Below are positions 24,241-37,354 of a stretch of 64,000 nucleotides of DNA, in pieces. Numbering within the stretch: position 1 is the stretch's first letter; each line of letters starts with the position of its first letter. The position numbers and the translations under genes were made by a program. The DNA lies in contig NC_058368.1 in the NCBI RefSeq assembly GCF_018350175.1, positions 9,424,001 to 9,488,000 of the forward strand. The letters are read 5' to 3'. The notes under the pieces are model-generated. The model was given only the letters and a program-made list of their open reading frames with translations. It did not search any database and was not told the DNA's origin. This stretch comes from Felis catus (taxonomy: Eukaryota).

Positions 24241-25107
24241 CTCCGGGGCACGGGTGCGGCCGCACAGCGGGGACCTGGGGGTGTCTCTCCCGACCTATGC
24301 AGGTGCCCTCTGAATGAGGCCTGGGCTCCGCGTGGCAGGCTCTCTCGCTGGCTAAAGGAGAGCAGAGGTCGGGCCGAGCCCCTGCCTCCCCAGGATGCTG
24401 TCAGGGTAAAAGCGACCATGCGTGGAAGCCCTTGCCGTGAGCCGCCGTGTAAACATCAAGTCGCCATCGTTAGTTTTGCGTCTGTCCATCACCCCGACTA
24501 TTTCAGCGTTTCAGCGAGACGCCCGTGCCGTGTGCTGGGCCTCAGCTCGCACCCCAGGCATCTGGCTGGCACGCGGCAACGGCAAACCCGTTCGCTCGGG
24601 TCTTACTGCTTCATTATTGCAAGTTGGCACGGCTCCGGGTACCTTGGGAGCCCTTGGACACGCACCATACGTTCCGGGCAGGAAGGCTGTCCTGGCACAG
24701 AGACGCTGCCTGTCACTCCTGCGGCTCCCTTCCGCCAAGTGGTAGATGCTCTCCAAACTCGCGGGTCCAAATGCACAGGAAGCAAAAGCCTGGCACTCAC
24801 GGGTGCCAGAGCCACACTCCCCCGGGACCAGCTCAGCGGCCGCGAGCCCAGCACTTGTCACCAGTGGCAGTTTCCAGCCCGGCAATGGAAAGAGGCAAGG
24901 AGGTGGGGAGCCGGGCAACGGTCTCGCGTCTCATATGTACGCGGGACGCGTATGAGGTATGTGGAACCCAGCCCCCCAGGCCCGCGCGAAGAGCTGTGTC
25001 CCCTGCCTGTCTGGGTTGTCCGCTGACTATGGACACCGAGCAAAGGAGAGCTTGACCAGCACCGACTTCACTCATTCATTCATTCCTTCCATTAATCAAG
25101 CAGTGCG

Positions 25108-25242
25108 GGGGGCTCCTGGGTGGCTCAATCAGTGAAGCGTCCGACTTCGGCTCAGGTCGTGATCTCACCGTGCATGAGTTCGAGCCCCGCCTCGGACTCT
25201 GTGCTGACAGCTCAGGGCCTGGAGTCTGTGTCTTTGGATTCT
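25108..25242 (+). mobile_element. 3'-truncated Can-SINE (no CT tract or tail)
   Basis: Head and tRNA-related part present; similarity stops at 'ttggattct'. Confidence 0.85.
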
Positions 25243-25589
25243 TGAGCTCTGGGATGACGAGCCGGTCCCCTGAGGTGAGGCGAGGGGCCGGCGTGCCTGA
25301 GCCACCCTGTGCGGAAGGAGGAGCCTTGGTGAGAGCACCCTCAGGAGGCTCCACGGGGAGCTGTTGCAGGAGTAGCTTATTAACAACACTCAGTTCGACC
25401 AGGGTTTATCAAGCCTCTATGACAGGCTGGGCACACATCTGGGAGCTTGAGTTTCACGGATGAGTTTTAGAAAGATCTCGCCCTCGTGGAACTTATATTA
25501 AGACCCCAGGAAATCGGAAATCTGCAACCTGAATATTTTCGAATCCTCCTTGACCTGGGAATGTTCCAGTGAAACTGAGGTTCTAGTTC

Positions 25590-25805
25590 ATTTCTATATA
25601 AGTTTATTCATTTTTGAGAGAGAGAGAGACAGTGCATACACAAGTAGGGGAGGGGCAGAGAGAGAAGGCGAGAGAGAGAATCCCAAACAGGCTCCACACC
25701 ATCCGTGCAGAGCCCGATGTGGGGCTCGAACTCACGAAGCTGATCAGACCATGACCTGATCGGCTCAAGTCGGACACTTAACTGACTGAGCCACCCAAGC
25801 GCCCC
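25590..25805 (-). mobile_element. Can-SINE
   Basis: Antisense body; TSD-like ggttctagttc on both sides. Confidence 0.92.
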
Positions 25806-26380
25806 TGGGTTCTAGTTCTGTCGCCAATTGGCCATCGGGCAAACCACTCCGTCGGCCCCATCACTGAGGACACTGAAGTGCCCGCTCCCCTTATCTACCA
25901 GCTGCACGGGGTTGGTCAGAGGTCGGAGGAGTAGGCGTCGAAAGCTGTCGTGAAACCATGCAGGCGAGGGTAAGGAGCAGGGGGGAGGGTTATTTTCCAA
26001 AGCCTGATGCCTGGAAGTCCTGGACCCAGGTGTTCTCTAAGGAAAATAGCCTAAGGAAGCCTGCTTGACTTCTCAAATTCCCGACATCCCCAAAAGACAC
26101 GCACAGAATGCTCTGTCTTTCATAGAGCCTGCTCACCTCCGCCAGAGGCCACGGGCCCGGGAAGAAGGGGACAGTGGCCCCTCGGGAAGACCCCGCTGGC
26201 CGGTCCAGGTGGGCACGGCTCGTCCTGGTGCTGAGGGTGGGGCCCGGTTCCGGAGGAGGAGGGGCCAAGCACTGATCATTAGGTGTGATCGAAAGAATAT
26301 TCTTCCCCAGGAATGGAAGTGGAAACAGAAGGCAAGTGACATTTCAGATGATTCGGCAACTAAAGACGAAGAAACTAGCC

Positions 26381-26589
26381 CAAGGTACCTTAACCTTGGC
26401 ACTCTGGACATTTCCGAACAGAGAGTTCTGAACTGTCCTGCGCGTCGTGGACGGTTTAGCAACGTCCCTGGCCTCTGTCTGCTAGATGATAGTAGCATTG
26501 CCCACCCCGGACTTTGCAACCCAAAATGTCTCTGGATAATACCAAATGTCCCGTGGGGGTCAAAAATCATTCCCAACTGAGAACCACGG
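26381..26589. mobile_element. MER20 (hAT-Charlie MITE), full length
   Basis: 'ccctggcctctgtctgctagatg...aaaatgtctctggataataccaaatgtcccgtggggg...tgagaaccacgg'; 8-bp TSD-like aactagcc / atctagct. Confidence 0.9.
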
Positions 26590-26779
26590 ATCTAGCTGTT
26601 TCCCTGGAATCATCTTCTCCCGTGTCCGCTCGGCCAACTCTCAGGTCAGCCACCTCTTCCCCGTTTGCCCAGAACTTTCTGGGTCTTAGCACTGCAACTC
26701 CCACATCCTCTCAGCCTCAGGCAAACGGGGACAGCTGGGAAGTGGGCCAGCTCCCTCCTTGTCTTCCTCACGAGGTCTA

Positions 26780-27005
26780 TCCTGATCAACCCATGGATAC
26801 AGAAGCCTGAAAGCACCTCCCACCGTCTACTGTACTATTTATGTAGAGCGTTGTTTATTGTCCGTCCCTCCCCCCGTCTCTTCCCCCGCACCCCCCACCA
26901 TCATCTGTGTCAGGGTTGGAGCTTTGTTTTTTTCACTGATGTGTCCCGAGTGCCCGTAACGGCGCCTGGCACGTGGTAGATGCTCAGTAAGTAGTGTTGC
27001 ATGAG
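26780..27005 (+). mobile_element. L2 3' end
   Basis: 'ttcactgatgtgtcccgagtgcccgtaacggcgcctggcacgtggtagatgctcagtaagtagtgttgcatga'. Confidence 0.85.
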
Positions 27006-27119
27006 GATCAGGAACCTCAAAACATTGTGAGCATCTGTGACCCCTGTAATTAATTTCTCCACTGCCTGTTGTCTTCACTTCCCTTGCGTGTTGTGCAACA
27101 GTGTTTAGCAAGAAACCTT

Positions 27120-27397
27120 TCAAACTGGTGCAGCCACTCTGGAAAACACTATGGAGGTTCCTCAAAAAAATTTAAAATAGAACGGCCCTACGACCCAGCG
27201 ATCGCACTACTAGGTATCCATCCAAGGGATACAGGTGTGCTCTTTCGAAGGGGCGCATGCACCCCAGTGTTTATAGCAGCACTATCGACAATGGCCAAAG
27301 TATGGAAAGAGCCCAAATGTCCATCGAGGGATGAGCGGAGAAAGAAGATGTGGTATATATACACAATGGAATAGTACTCGGCAATCAAAAAGAATGA
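27120..27397 (+). mobile_element. Carnivore L1 ORF2 C-terminal internal fragment
   Basis: Translates KIERPYDPAIALLGIHPRDTGVLFRRGACTPVFIAALSTMAKVWKEPKCPS...MWYIYTME*YSAIKKN, a typical L1 ORF2p C-terminus. Confidence 0.95.
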
Positions 27398-27489
27398 CAC
27401 AAGATTCACACCCCGAGGCCTGGCAGCGTACTGGACAGGACAGAACCTCAACAAATATTTCCTGGACGGAGCACTGACAAGGAAATAAT

Positions 27490-27640
27490 GGTGTCGTGGT
27501 GAAGAGCTTGGGCTTTGGGGTCAGGCGACGCTGGGTTCCAATCCTGACACTACCACAGATATAGACCTGTCTGATCTTGGTCCAACTCCTTCCCCTCCCT
27601 AGGCCCCCACGTCCCCATGGAGGGGGATGAAAAGGAGACT
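27490..27640 (+). mobile_element. MIR
   Basis: 'gtggtgaagagcttgggctttggggtcaggcgacgctgggttccaatcctg'. Confidence 0.7.
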
Positions 27641-27769
27641 TATCTTGTGAGCATCACAGCCTGGCCGTGGGGACGGTTGTGAATGTAGGTCCCTCAGCCT
27701 ACCCAGCGCCTCGTAAAAAATACTCTACAAAAGGGAGCTGATGTGGGATTTCTTCCCAGGAGAGTAACA

Positions 27770-28285
27770 AGAGGTATGGAATTTTCTACCTACTTCTACA
27801 TAGCCAATCACCCTGACTTCGTGGCTGCGAAACAGCCAGCTGTCACAGTGTCTGGGGTCGGGAAAGGCAGGACCGACTTGGCTCTGGGGTCTGGCTCTCG
27901 CACGAGGTTGGCCAGGGGTGCGAGCTCCCCGGAAGCCTCCCTGGGACTGAAGGCTCCTATCCTCAGGATGATTCCATCATGGCTGATGAGCTGGTGCTGC
28001 TTGGCAGTGACACCGAGGTTCTTCTCCATGTGGGACTCTCCATATGGCTCCCCGAGCATCCACAAGACATGTTGGTGGCTTTGCTCAGAGTGACTAATCC
28101 AAGAGAACACCGTGGAAGCCCTCAACACCCTTTACGCCCAGTCTTGGAAAGTCATGCATCACCAGTTCTGCCGAGCCGTTGGTGTCACAGACCAGCCTTG
28201 ACTCCGTGTGGGAAGACGCTACATGAGGTGTGAATACCAGGGGGCTGGATCGCTGGGGGCCCTCGGAGAGGCTGACTCCCCCCAG
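27770..28285 (-). mobile_element. MLT1F-like solo LTR
   Basis: 'ttcttctccatgtgggactctcca', 'gtcacagaccagccttga...gtgtgaataccagggggctggatcgctgggggcc'. Confidence 0.75.
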
Positions 28286-30639
28286 ATGTCACATGATATT
28301 TCGCCTCGAAACCGGGAGTGGCTTCATCCAGTCCCTGGCGATCACGTTGCCTTTCCGCCTCCCCCTGCTTATGCGCAACAACGAAGTGCGCGGCCGGGCA
28401 AGGTCTACCTAGTTGACTTAAGTGTCTGTTTTCAGGGTCGTTTGCTCCTTAAGCGTAGAACTACAGTTTCTCCTTCGCGATGCCTCAGTAGATGTTAGGC
28501 GATTGGACTGAAAGATTCAATGTTGTCTGGCGAGGACAATTTGTCGGTTTCTGCTTTGTCCCTGAGTCCTAACAGGCGGAAGCCCAGACGGATTCAGAAC
28601 CTCAAGGGTCGACACACAGCTCAACGCAGGGCAGACGTCTGCAGCTGGAGGGGTGGGGGGGGACATGGATGAAACCCAGAAGTGTCTGCAGCCGACCAAG
28701 AAGGGGCCACTGAGGCAGGGTGAGGCCTCTGCACCCGTCCTGCCCTGGTCACACCCGTGGCCGAGCCCGCGTGTACGAGGACAGCACAAGTATCAATCCT
28801 ATCCTTAGTTTCCTCATTATTAGGATTCAATCCAGGTATTTGGATGGTGGATGAGTTTTGCGTTTCTTTTGGGGCTTTGCTGTATTTTTCAGACGTACCA
28901 CGATCACCATGCATTGGTTCGGCAAAGAGAGAAAAACAGGAAAACATGTAAACCTCACTCGGTTTGGAATTTTCAGCGCGGCTAGTCCAAACAGGGGTCC
29001 CCCTCTTCTGTAGGACACGCTGAGGGGTGCCTGACAGCCACGCCCCTTGAGTTTCCTCCCAGTCTGTTGAGGGACTCAATGAGCCATCTGTGAAATGGCA
29101 TGGTGACTTCTCATTTCTCATGGAGTCGTTTGCAAGGATTAGTGAGACCTCCTGGGCAGATGGTTGAGATCCAGGGAGGGGAGAAAGGTCGCTGCAAGGC
29201 CGGACGGCCCGTGGCAAAGGGGCAGAGAATGAGCTTGTTAGTAGGGTAACACTGACCACCCCCCAAGACTGAGTTGCTACCTGTACTGCCTGAATAATTC
29301 ATCGTACCCATTCTCGTTCATGGATGATGCCAGAGGGCACCTGACTTCGCGGCTCGCGTTTAATTAGTGTTACCGCTATTCGCTCTTCCTGTAATTAGTA
29401 ATATCTGATGGATTCTGGGCTTACTTCTTTGCTGCGACATAACACCAAAGCTCCCGGCAGCTGGCTGGTAGAGGACAGAAATTCTCATTTTTCCCGAGAG
29501 ACCGCTGTCCAACACGCCGACACCATCGAGAGCCTGGGATTCGCGAGGCCTGACGGTAATAAAGCCTTTCTTCCCCTGTTTCGTTTCCTGCTCCCGCTCC
29601 AGAAACAGCTTCTCAGTGTGAATTGTCATGACAACCTGGAGAGGGGACACACCACAGCAAGCCGAGTGCGGGGACGCAGGGCCCGCGCGTCACGATGAAA
29701 GGGGGCTGACCGGCGCGTCTTCACTTGGCAGAGAGTCCGGCAGTATAAAACCACAGTGGATTTTGAAGGTCACCCTTGGCCTTATAAATGGAAGGTGGGG
29801 TTAGAGGCTTCGCCGCGCAGATGCTTCTCGGCCTGCCGTGAGGTCTGGAGGATGAACAGCCTGTTTCGCTCAGGGCCCGCGTGGGGCTGTCATCACCTGC
29901 CGGCTCCCCCCGACCTGCCCAGTGGGTTTGTGGTTTCATTGTGCTTGACCGCCGAGGTGAGCCTTGTGCAGAGAGATGGGGGGCGGGGGCAGCTCCCCCT
30001 TGATTCTTCCCACCCAGAGCCATTGGAGCGCTGGCCTGACGCCTTCTCTCTCTGGCTATGTGGGCGATCCACTTAACCTCTATATTCTCTGTCACTGTCT
30101 GTGAAATGGAGAGTCTCCTGCCAGAAGGCAGAAGGCTCTGTAGATGCTCTCCAGGGGTCCCTGGGATCAGAAGACACCCGATCCAGGAAGCTGGCTTGTG
30201 CGGTGGAAGGGACGGGGCCTCTGTTGTCGGGATGACCCGGGTCTTCTGAATCCCAGACCTGCCACCCATGCCCTGGGTGACCTTAAGCGGGTTACACAAA
30301 CCTCCCCTGACCGCAACCCCTCCTTACAGTCCCGGTTTCCAAGGCTGCAAACCTGAGGGTCAGTTTCCCTCACTGCACCCCCCACCCCCTCCCAGATGCC
30401 TCAGAAGGCCCCCTTGGCTCTTCCCCGGACGTCCCCCCAGCCTGTCCGCTCCCCTGCGTCTCCCCCATCGCCACCCTGGGCCAGTCACCGGCATCTTGCC
30501 TGGAGGTCCACGCCAGCTGCCCAGCCAGCCTCCCGGCTGCGGCTCTCACCCTTGCTGTCACGCCTCTCCGCACAACAGGACGAGCCTCGAGAGTGCAAAG
30601 CAGCCGCATGTCTGCTCCAAATCCTTCCGTTATCAGGGT

Positions 30640-30910
30640 TATTATGGTCACCACTCAGCAGGCACTGTCCTAAATGCTTTGCCTCCTTGAACTCAAACCA
30701 TCCCCAGAAGCAACCCTACAAGATACGAAATCTACAACATAGATATGAACATATACACATAGATATCATACCGTCCCCATTGAACAGATGAGGAAACTGA
30801 GGTCGAGAGGTTAAGGTCTTGCCCCGAGTCACAGAGGAGTAAAGGGCAGAGCCCATGTTTGAACCTAGGCAGTCTGGCCCCGAATCCACACACTTAGCCC
30901 CACACTGCAT
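30640..30910 (-). mobile_element. MIR
   Basis: 'ccccattgaacagatgaggaaactgaggtcgagaggttaaggtcttgcccc...tttgaacctaggcagtctgg'. Confidence 0.88.
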
Positions 30911-30999
30911 TGCTCCACATCCTACACCAGCTCCTGCAAGATCGTCACCCACGTTAGCTCTCCTGCTCCCCCTCATCCACATATTCCGTTCACGTAGGC

Positions 31000-31350
31000 C
31001 TTCTGAAAACAGGCTGAGCGCGCGGTGACCCCAGGGCCTTTAAGCGTGCTGTCCCTCTGCCCGGGTCTTCCTCTCACCGGCCACCTGGCTGAGTCTTCCC
31101 CCTCTGCCTCCTCTGCCTGAATATTACCTCCTCGCAGAGGACACCCTGGCCACCCAGTGTAGAGGATGGCCCAGTGGCAAGAAGAGAGGGATTTGTTTGT
31201 GGTCCGGTTGTGGCTGGTCTCCCGGGTCAGTCTAGGAGATCCACGAACACGTGCCCAGGTCCGTTTCCTTCACCGTTCGTTCATGCTGGCGGGGTATGAT
31301 GCCGGCACATGGGGCTACTCGTATCTCTGTGATGGACAGAAGATGGATGG
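31000..31350 (+). mobile_element. L2 3' fragment
   Basis: 'cagggcctttaagcgtgctgtccctctgcc...aatattacctcctcgcagagg'. Confidence 0.6.
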
Positions 31351-32501
31351 GCATCCACGCAGCGTTCGCGGGGGTTCAGTATTCAGGCCTGATGGGAGCT
31401 TGATGGCCCATCTCCACCCCAGGGTGCGGGTGCCTGGCAACCTGGAGAGCGTAAGTGTGCAGGCAAGCCATGATGGCCACCTGACACAGAGCAGCAGCGC
31501 GGGTAGGGAGCAGGAAGCAGACTCGAGGAGTCCTGGCGAGGTGGTGATGGGCTGGAAGTGGGGAGTGAGGGAGCTGGAGCGTCCAAGATGGCGCCCGGGT
31601 CCAGGCTGACGAAGGAGGACAATGAAGGGAAGGCACAGTCCTGCTCCACAAAGGGTAACGTCTGGGGAAAGGAAAGGCAGTCACGTCTAAATAATTAAAG
31701 GACAGGACAAGTGATAATAAATGTCATTGAAGGACCAAAAGGGGAGGGGGGGACAAAGATACAATTGAAACTTGTAAGAGGCTGAGATCGTTTCTGCTGG
31801 GGACGACCAGGGCGGTGCCGTGCACGAGCTGGCCCCGTGAGCAGGTACCAAAACATAGTAGGTGGGGGACAAATCAAAATCGTCTCTCTTCCCTAAAATA
31901 ATTAGATTTTTCTCGACCCAGTCTGACGTCATGAATCCCAAAGTGAAAATGGCGACGTTTGGCTGAAAGTCGCCGGGGAGTTCAGGGGAGCGGGCTCAGG
32001 GGCGAAGAGAGAACCGTGCTGGCGGCCGCCTGGGCAGCGGGGAGGGGGCTCGGGTGTGGGACGAGCAAACAGGAGGCCGAGAATAACGCGGGCCACCCTG
32101 GAGGACAGCGGCTTGCCTTGGACCTCACCACCTTCTCCCCACAAAAGGGGAGACACTTCACCACGAGGCCCACTAGTTCTGGACGAGGAACTTCCTAGAC
32201 TCTCATCCTGGCCCCGCTGTGGGAATGGAGTTGTAACTAGCCGGTCGTACCGACCAAGGGGGCCTCGCGGTCACCCATCCTGTCTGGTCTGGGGGACAAT
32301 CCATTCCATCTTCTGGGCTCAGCGTCCACACACCCTGTCCAGTTGGTAACACCACCTTTACGGGACCAGGCGTGGAGCAGGAGAAACATCCCAGCGGGGC
32401 CGTCGGGAAGCCTGGGGTGCGGCTCTCCGTTAGCTCCAGTACCTCGGAGATTTTGCATATTTCAAGGAAGAAGGTTAGATTAAAATGGCCCTCTTTCAAC
32501 A

Positions 32502-32783
32502 TTTTTAAAAACAGAATTGGTCGCCAAGTTAGAGCACACACAGCGTACACAGCGTGCTCTTGGCTTTGGGAGTAGATTCCCGTGACTCGTCACCCCAATA
32601 CAACACCCAGCGCTCATCCCAATGAGCTTACCCAGGGCTCTCCTCAGTGCCCATCACCCATTTTTTTCTGCCCTTCTACCCCTCCGCCCCTGTCAGCCCT
32701 CAGTTTGTTCTCTGTATTTCAGAGTCTCTTACGGTTCGCCTCCCTCTCTGTTTGTAACTATTTTTTTTCTTTCCCTTCCCCCA
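32502..32783 (-). mobile_element. Carnivore/felid L1 3' UTR (5'-truncated insertion)
   Basis: 'atacaacacccagcgctcatccca...ccctcagtttgttctctgtatttcagagtctcttacgg'; TSD-like tcaacattttt / tcagcattttt. Confidence 0.88.
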
Positions 32784-33829
32784 CTCAGCATTTTTTGTTA
32801 ACATTGGGACCCTTTTTTAAATAAATAAATAAATAAATAAATAAAAGAACAAATATTTTAAAAACTGACATCTCCAGCGAGTTTTAATACCAAGAGCGGG
32901 TAACAGTGAGACAGGACTGCTGAAACAGGGAGGGGCAGGCCGGGGCCCGCCTCCTCGCTCTCCCCCAACCTCCCTCACCCCCCTGATACCAAAGAACGTG
33001 CAGGGCCCCGAGGAGCCCGAATGAAAACCCCTGACCCAGCTGCTCACTGGGAACATCCTGCAGATCCAGCTGACGTTCCTTGAGCAGCGTTCTTGGGGCC
33101 CCAGGTTTCCCCGGGACTCTCTGAAGACGTGTCTGAAAAGCTCCCAGACGCAGCAAGAGGTCTGAGCGAGGGCAAGTCTGTGGGCTCCCAGGAGGCATCC
33201 ACGGTCCCCAAGAGGGTGGTGACGCTGCCTCCCCTTTCTGTGCAGCCCTCCCAGGAGGCCACAGAACCCATACCACGTACAGGCGACTGTCGCGAAGCAT
33301 TAATAGTTGTCTAGGAGTTGATCCTTTTGCGTCCCAGCCAGACGGTGTGAGGAGTTAGCCCTGCAGAGGCAGCGGGTGTTCTGAGCCGCTTCAGTACGGA
33401 GCCTGCATGCCGGGCCTGATAAATGAGTGTTTGTTTTGGCAAATCTCAGGCCAGGCACTGATGCTAAAATCATAGCCTGCGTATCCACCTTGAGCCAGTC
33501 ACCGACCAACATTCATGGCTAAGAACACCTCGGGGCAAGTGGTAGTACTTTGCGGTTCAAAGCCGATATCATCGGAGAGACTTAGGTCAAATCCCCCAGC
33601 CTTTTTTTTCTCACCCGTAAAATGGGGAAAATAATAAAGACATTTTTATGTTGGGAATAAATGAGAGAGCATATGCCCCGGTTACCATTATTGTTAATAT
33701 CACTCGGGCCTGTTTCCAAGTAGCTGTCCCCCTATGGAGGCATCTCACACAGAGAGCACACACAGCCACAGAAAACACTAGAACAGCATCCGGGCCAGTT
33801 CTTAACCGGGATCTTACACCCATCTGTCT

Positions 33830-34410
33830 GTTTTGGACATTCAATATTCTGAATATAAAATTATAGAGATAATCTGAGATTCGAGATGATATATGCCTGC
33901 CTCCAGGTAGCATTTGCTTTTGCCTTCAGTCGGCGCTTGGGCTGGGGGCAGATCATCTCAACCCAGCCTGGATGAGCTGATTCAAAGCTGGTTTGTTTTC
34001 GTGAAGGCTCGTCCATTTTTGAATCACCAAAGTTATGCCTTGGGGTAACCCCTCAGTTGCCCCCACCCAAAGCCTGGAGCGTTTACTAAGCCCCTCCTCC
34101 CTGGCAGGCTCTGAATGTATTGTTTTTCCAGGCTTGTGGGACTCCTAAAAAGTCAGCCTGGTCGCTCAGCCTCTCAGCTGGCACTTAAAGACTGGCCAGT
34201 GCCTCAGTGGGATAAGGAAACAGAAAGTTGCCCTCTCTATAATTTCCTTCTTTCCTTGATTTTGGCTCTTCAAGTCCTAGCTGCCTTGGTAGCTCTTTGG
34301 TGCCTTCAACAGAGTCTTAAAAAAACATTACATCCCCTTTTTCTAGTTGTTCTCAAGGTGGGGGTTGATCTGATACTCGCTAGTCCGCCATATTGGAAGT
34401 GAACGTCTCC
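33830..34410 (-). mobile_element. Ancient L1M/HAL1-like 5' end fragment
   Basis: 'tttttctagttgttctcaaggtgggggttgatctga...tagtccgccatattggaagtgaacgtc' resembles antisense ancient L1 5' termini. Confidence 0.55.
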
Positions 34411-35685
34411 ATTTTATCTTAATGCTCACTTAGGTACTTTTAAAAACAGTCCTGCTTTCCTACGCTTCGTTAATTAAGTTGAAAGTCTTACTGGGATGGT
34501 TGGGAATAGTGGGAATCCACGCTTTACATGCCCATCTCAGATCAAATTTCTAAAGGGGCAGAGAGGTAGATGTGAGGAGGGGGTTCAGTCAGGGATTTAG
34601 GTGGTGCGTTGTCGTAAACCAAAGGGGCAAGGTCACACAGGGCTTGTTTTCTGGAGATTTCCTCAGCAGCTGAATTCTGAAGGCATTTTTCCTCAGCAAG
34701 TCTACCAACTGGTTGGATTAATGAGCCCTTTGCTGCCGAATAATACAGTTTAGAAACTAGGGAAGAGAGCCACCTCCTGGTAAGAAATATAGTCGTGCGT
34801 TGGAGACGCCGGGCGATTTGTGGAAGAACCCTGCGGGTCCCGGGGACGCTGGGGTCTGAGAAGGTGCTCAGACTGAAGGGACCCTTGTCCCTGTCTTCAC
34901 CTGACCTTCGGTGAGGGCAGCGTTTTATCCATTTTATGCACTGGGCTTCTGAGAAAGGTTTCCACCACGTGGGATCGGAGCAACTGTTCCACCATCGAAC
35001 CACTCACAGAGTTCGACAGCTTCTTCTCATAGATAAACGGAGTCCCCAGGAGATAACCTTCCTAGGCTCTGACAAATCATTCCTGGTAAAGCCAGGGCAC
35101 CCCCCCCCCAGCCGGTCTGACCCTAGCCCAGGCGCTTTATACCACCCTACGTGATGCTCGTTTGAGATTCAGTTCCCCAAAAGTTCCTAGCTTCAGAAAA
35201 ACGTTTCTTTTCCGGGCCACCATTCTGTGCTCTTCTTGTGAAGTTCTATGGGCTTCCCTCAGAAACTCTCCCCAGGGGACGTGAAGTGGATATGGCCGCT
35301 GGCATCTTCCTGGATAGGAAACGAAAGGCGACAAAGCTAACTGGAGGCGCGACGGTGGTCTGCCTGGGACAGACCCGGGAGACTATGCTTGTCCCGGCTC
35401 TCCCGACTCGCTGTGTGACATGCACAAGTCACGCCATCTCCCTGGTCCCAGTCTCCTCCCCTTAAAATGAGAAAACCATTTTCTCATTTCTCAGGGGGCT
35501 GAAGATCTTTGCCCCTCATCACGGGAGCCTCTTCGCAGAAGCCCCCAATGCACCTGGGTCACCCTGACCTCCCCACGTGATCCTTCCTCCTCTCGGGAAG
35601 CCAGTGACATCCACAAGCCCAGATCACTGGTCCATTCCAAGAGAGCGACTTCGTTTCTGCCTCAAGGGACGCGATATCACGTCAG

Positions 35686-36011
35686 TATTATAGGCTGAAT
35701 TACATGCCGCCAAAATTCCTATGTTGAAGCCCTAACTCCCAATGTCGTAGAATGTGATTGCACACGGAGACAGGGCCTTTACAGAGGTCAATTAAGGTAG
35801 TGAGATCAATAGGGTGGGTCCTCCAATATGACCTGTGCCCTAATGAGAAGAAAATCGCCATCTACCGGCCAAGGAGAGAGGACTCAGGAGAAACCAACCC
35901 TGCTGACACCGTGATCTTGAACTTCTTGCCTCTAAAACTGTAAGAAAATAAATGTTTATTGTTCAAGCCCCCCAGTCCAGGGCACTTTGACAGTCCTGGC
36001 AGATGAATACA
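35686..36011 (+). mobile_element. MLT1B/MLT1A-like solo LTR
   Basis: 'ggctgaatt...tatgttgaagccctaactccc', 'gaaaccaaccctgctgacaccgtgatcttgaacttc', ends gaataca. Confidence 0.88.
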
Positions 36012-36729
36012 ATTGGCAAATTCCTTGCTCAGCAACCCCACCTTCTCCTGTTTGCTCTTTTGAGAATGTCAATGCACTGGAGGGAAATTCATCGCTTGGA
36101 ATGGGTCAAATAGATCCAGTTACAGTGACGTGATAATAAGGGGTCTATAATTTCTGCCCTGGGAAAAGGGTCACAGCAACTCACACACATCCTCTTGCCA
36201 GGAGAGGCACCGGCTGTCCTTGCAAAGGACGAGGCTGAGACGCACCAACATATCCTCTGAGATCCGTGCCAGCTCGGGGGTCCAGGACTGCTCGGATCAT
36301 TGAAGAATCCCAGTCTTGGCAGAGAGCTGGAGCCTTGCAGGTATGACCTGTGTAGAACTTGGCATTGCATTTAGTAGGAAAAAATGGAACGTGAAACCCA
36401 TAGCCGGTCCCTGCTGTTTGGCGCCCTACGATTCCCAGCTCATTGAAGTCAAATCAATGCAAGTACCATCTGGTACAAGAAGGTGAAGTTGGCCACATCT
36501 GTCACACCCTAAGACACACCTGACTAGGTTTACTGACTCAGGGCTGGAGGGATGGAGGCTTCATCAACAGAGGGAAGAACAAAACAATGGCTCTCAATCA
36601 GAGATATGTGTAATAAAACTACAGTCTTCTGCTTAGCCAAGAAATTGTCAATGGCCATGGGACGGCTGACGTGACTGGCCCTCTTCTCCCCTGTCAGCAC
36701 ACAAAGGCTGTACATTCTCTTCAGTTCAA

Positions 36730-36930
36730 TGGCCATGGAAAGAGCATGAACTTTGGAGCCAAGCCTGGATTCAAATCCTGGCTCTTTGACCAACACCTAT
36801 GTAACTCAGTCTCTCTAATCCTCAGCGGTTTGATCTGCAGAATGGGGATAATGCTGCCTTTCTCACGCCTGTGAACAGTAAATGAAATAATGATGGTAAG
36901 CACCAAGTACTCAGAATGCCGGTAGCCCTC
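36730..36930 (+). mobile_element. MIR
   Basis: 'agagcatgaactttggagccaagcctggattcaaatcctggctct...aatggggataat'. Confidence 0.82.
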
Positions 36931-37354
36931 GATTTGTCAACGTTACGGAGTTGGCGTCTTCCACTTGTCCCGTCACTGAGCTTGCGATGTGGCTTGCCAG
37001 GCACTCCTGATGGGTTGAAAATTTGATCTGGTTTGTTAAGTCTCATTGGCGCTCAAAAGAGTATAGAGGCTATTTGCCCTTGACTCATGAAGACCAGAGA
37101 GTAGGTTTCATACCGGATGTCAAAATGCCTACGCCACCCACCCCCCACAGTGATGAGGTACGCAGTTATAATGAGGCTTACGGAGAGCCGCCTAATATGC
37201 CAAAGCCCCGCTGGTAACTCCGTCTAGAAGCTGAAATCCATTGGTAAATAAACCTAAAGGAGGAGGCCTTGGACCTACAATCCCAAATCCCTACTTAAAC
37301 AGGAAGGGAAGGTCAGCACAGGGAGAGATACGCTTCTTTTAAAATAGAACTCAA

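Noticed and set aside
24208..25026. Longest ORF (272 aa) and overlapping ORFs
   Set aside because: Non-ATG start, R/P/G/A-rich composition, no recognisable domain and ORFs in several frames: expected in GC-rich non-coding DNA
27069..27374. 101-aa ORF as a host gene
   Set aside because: It is an L1 ORF2 remnant with a frameshift and stop
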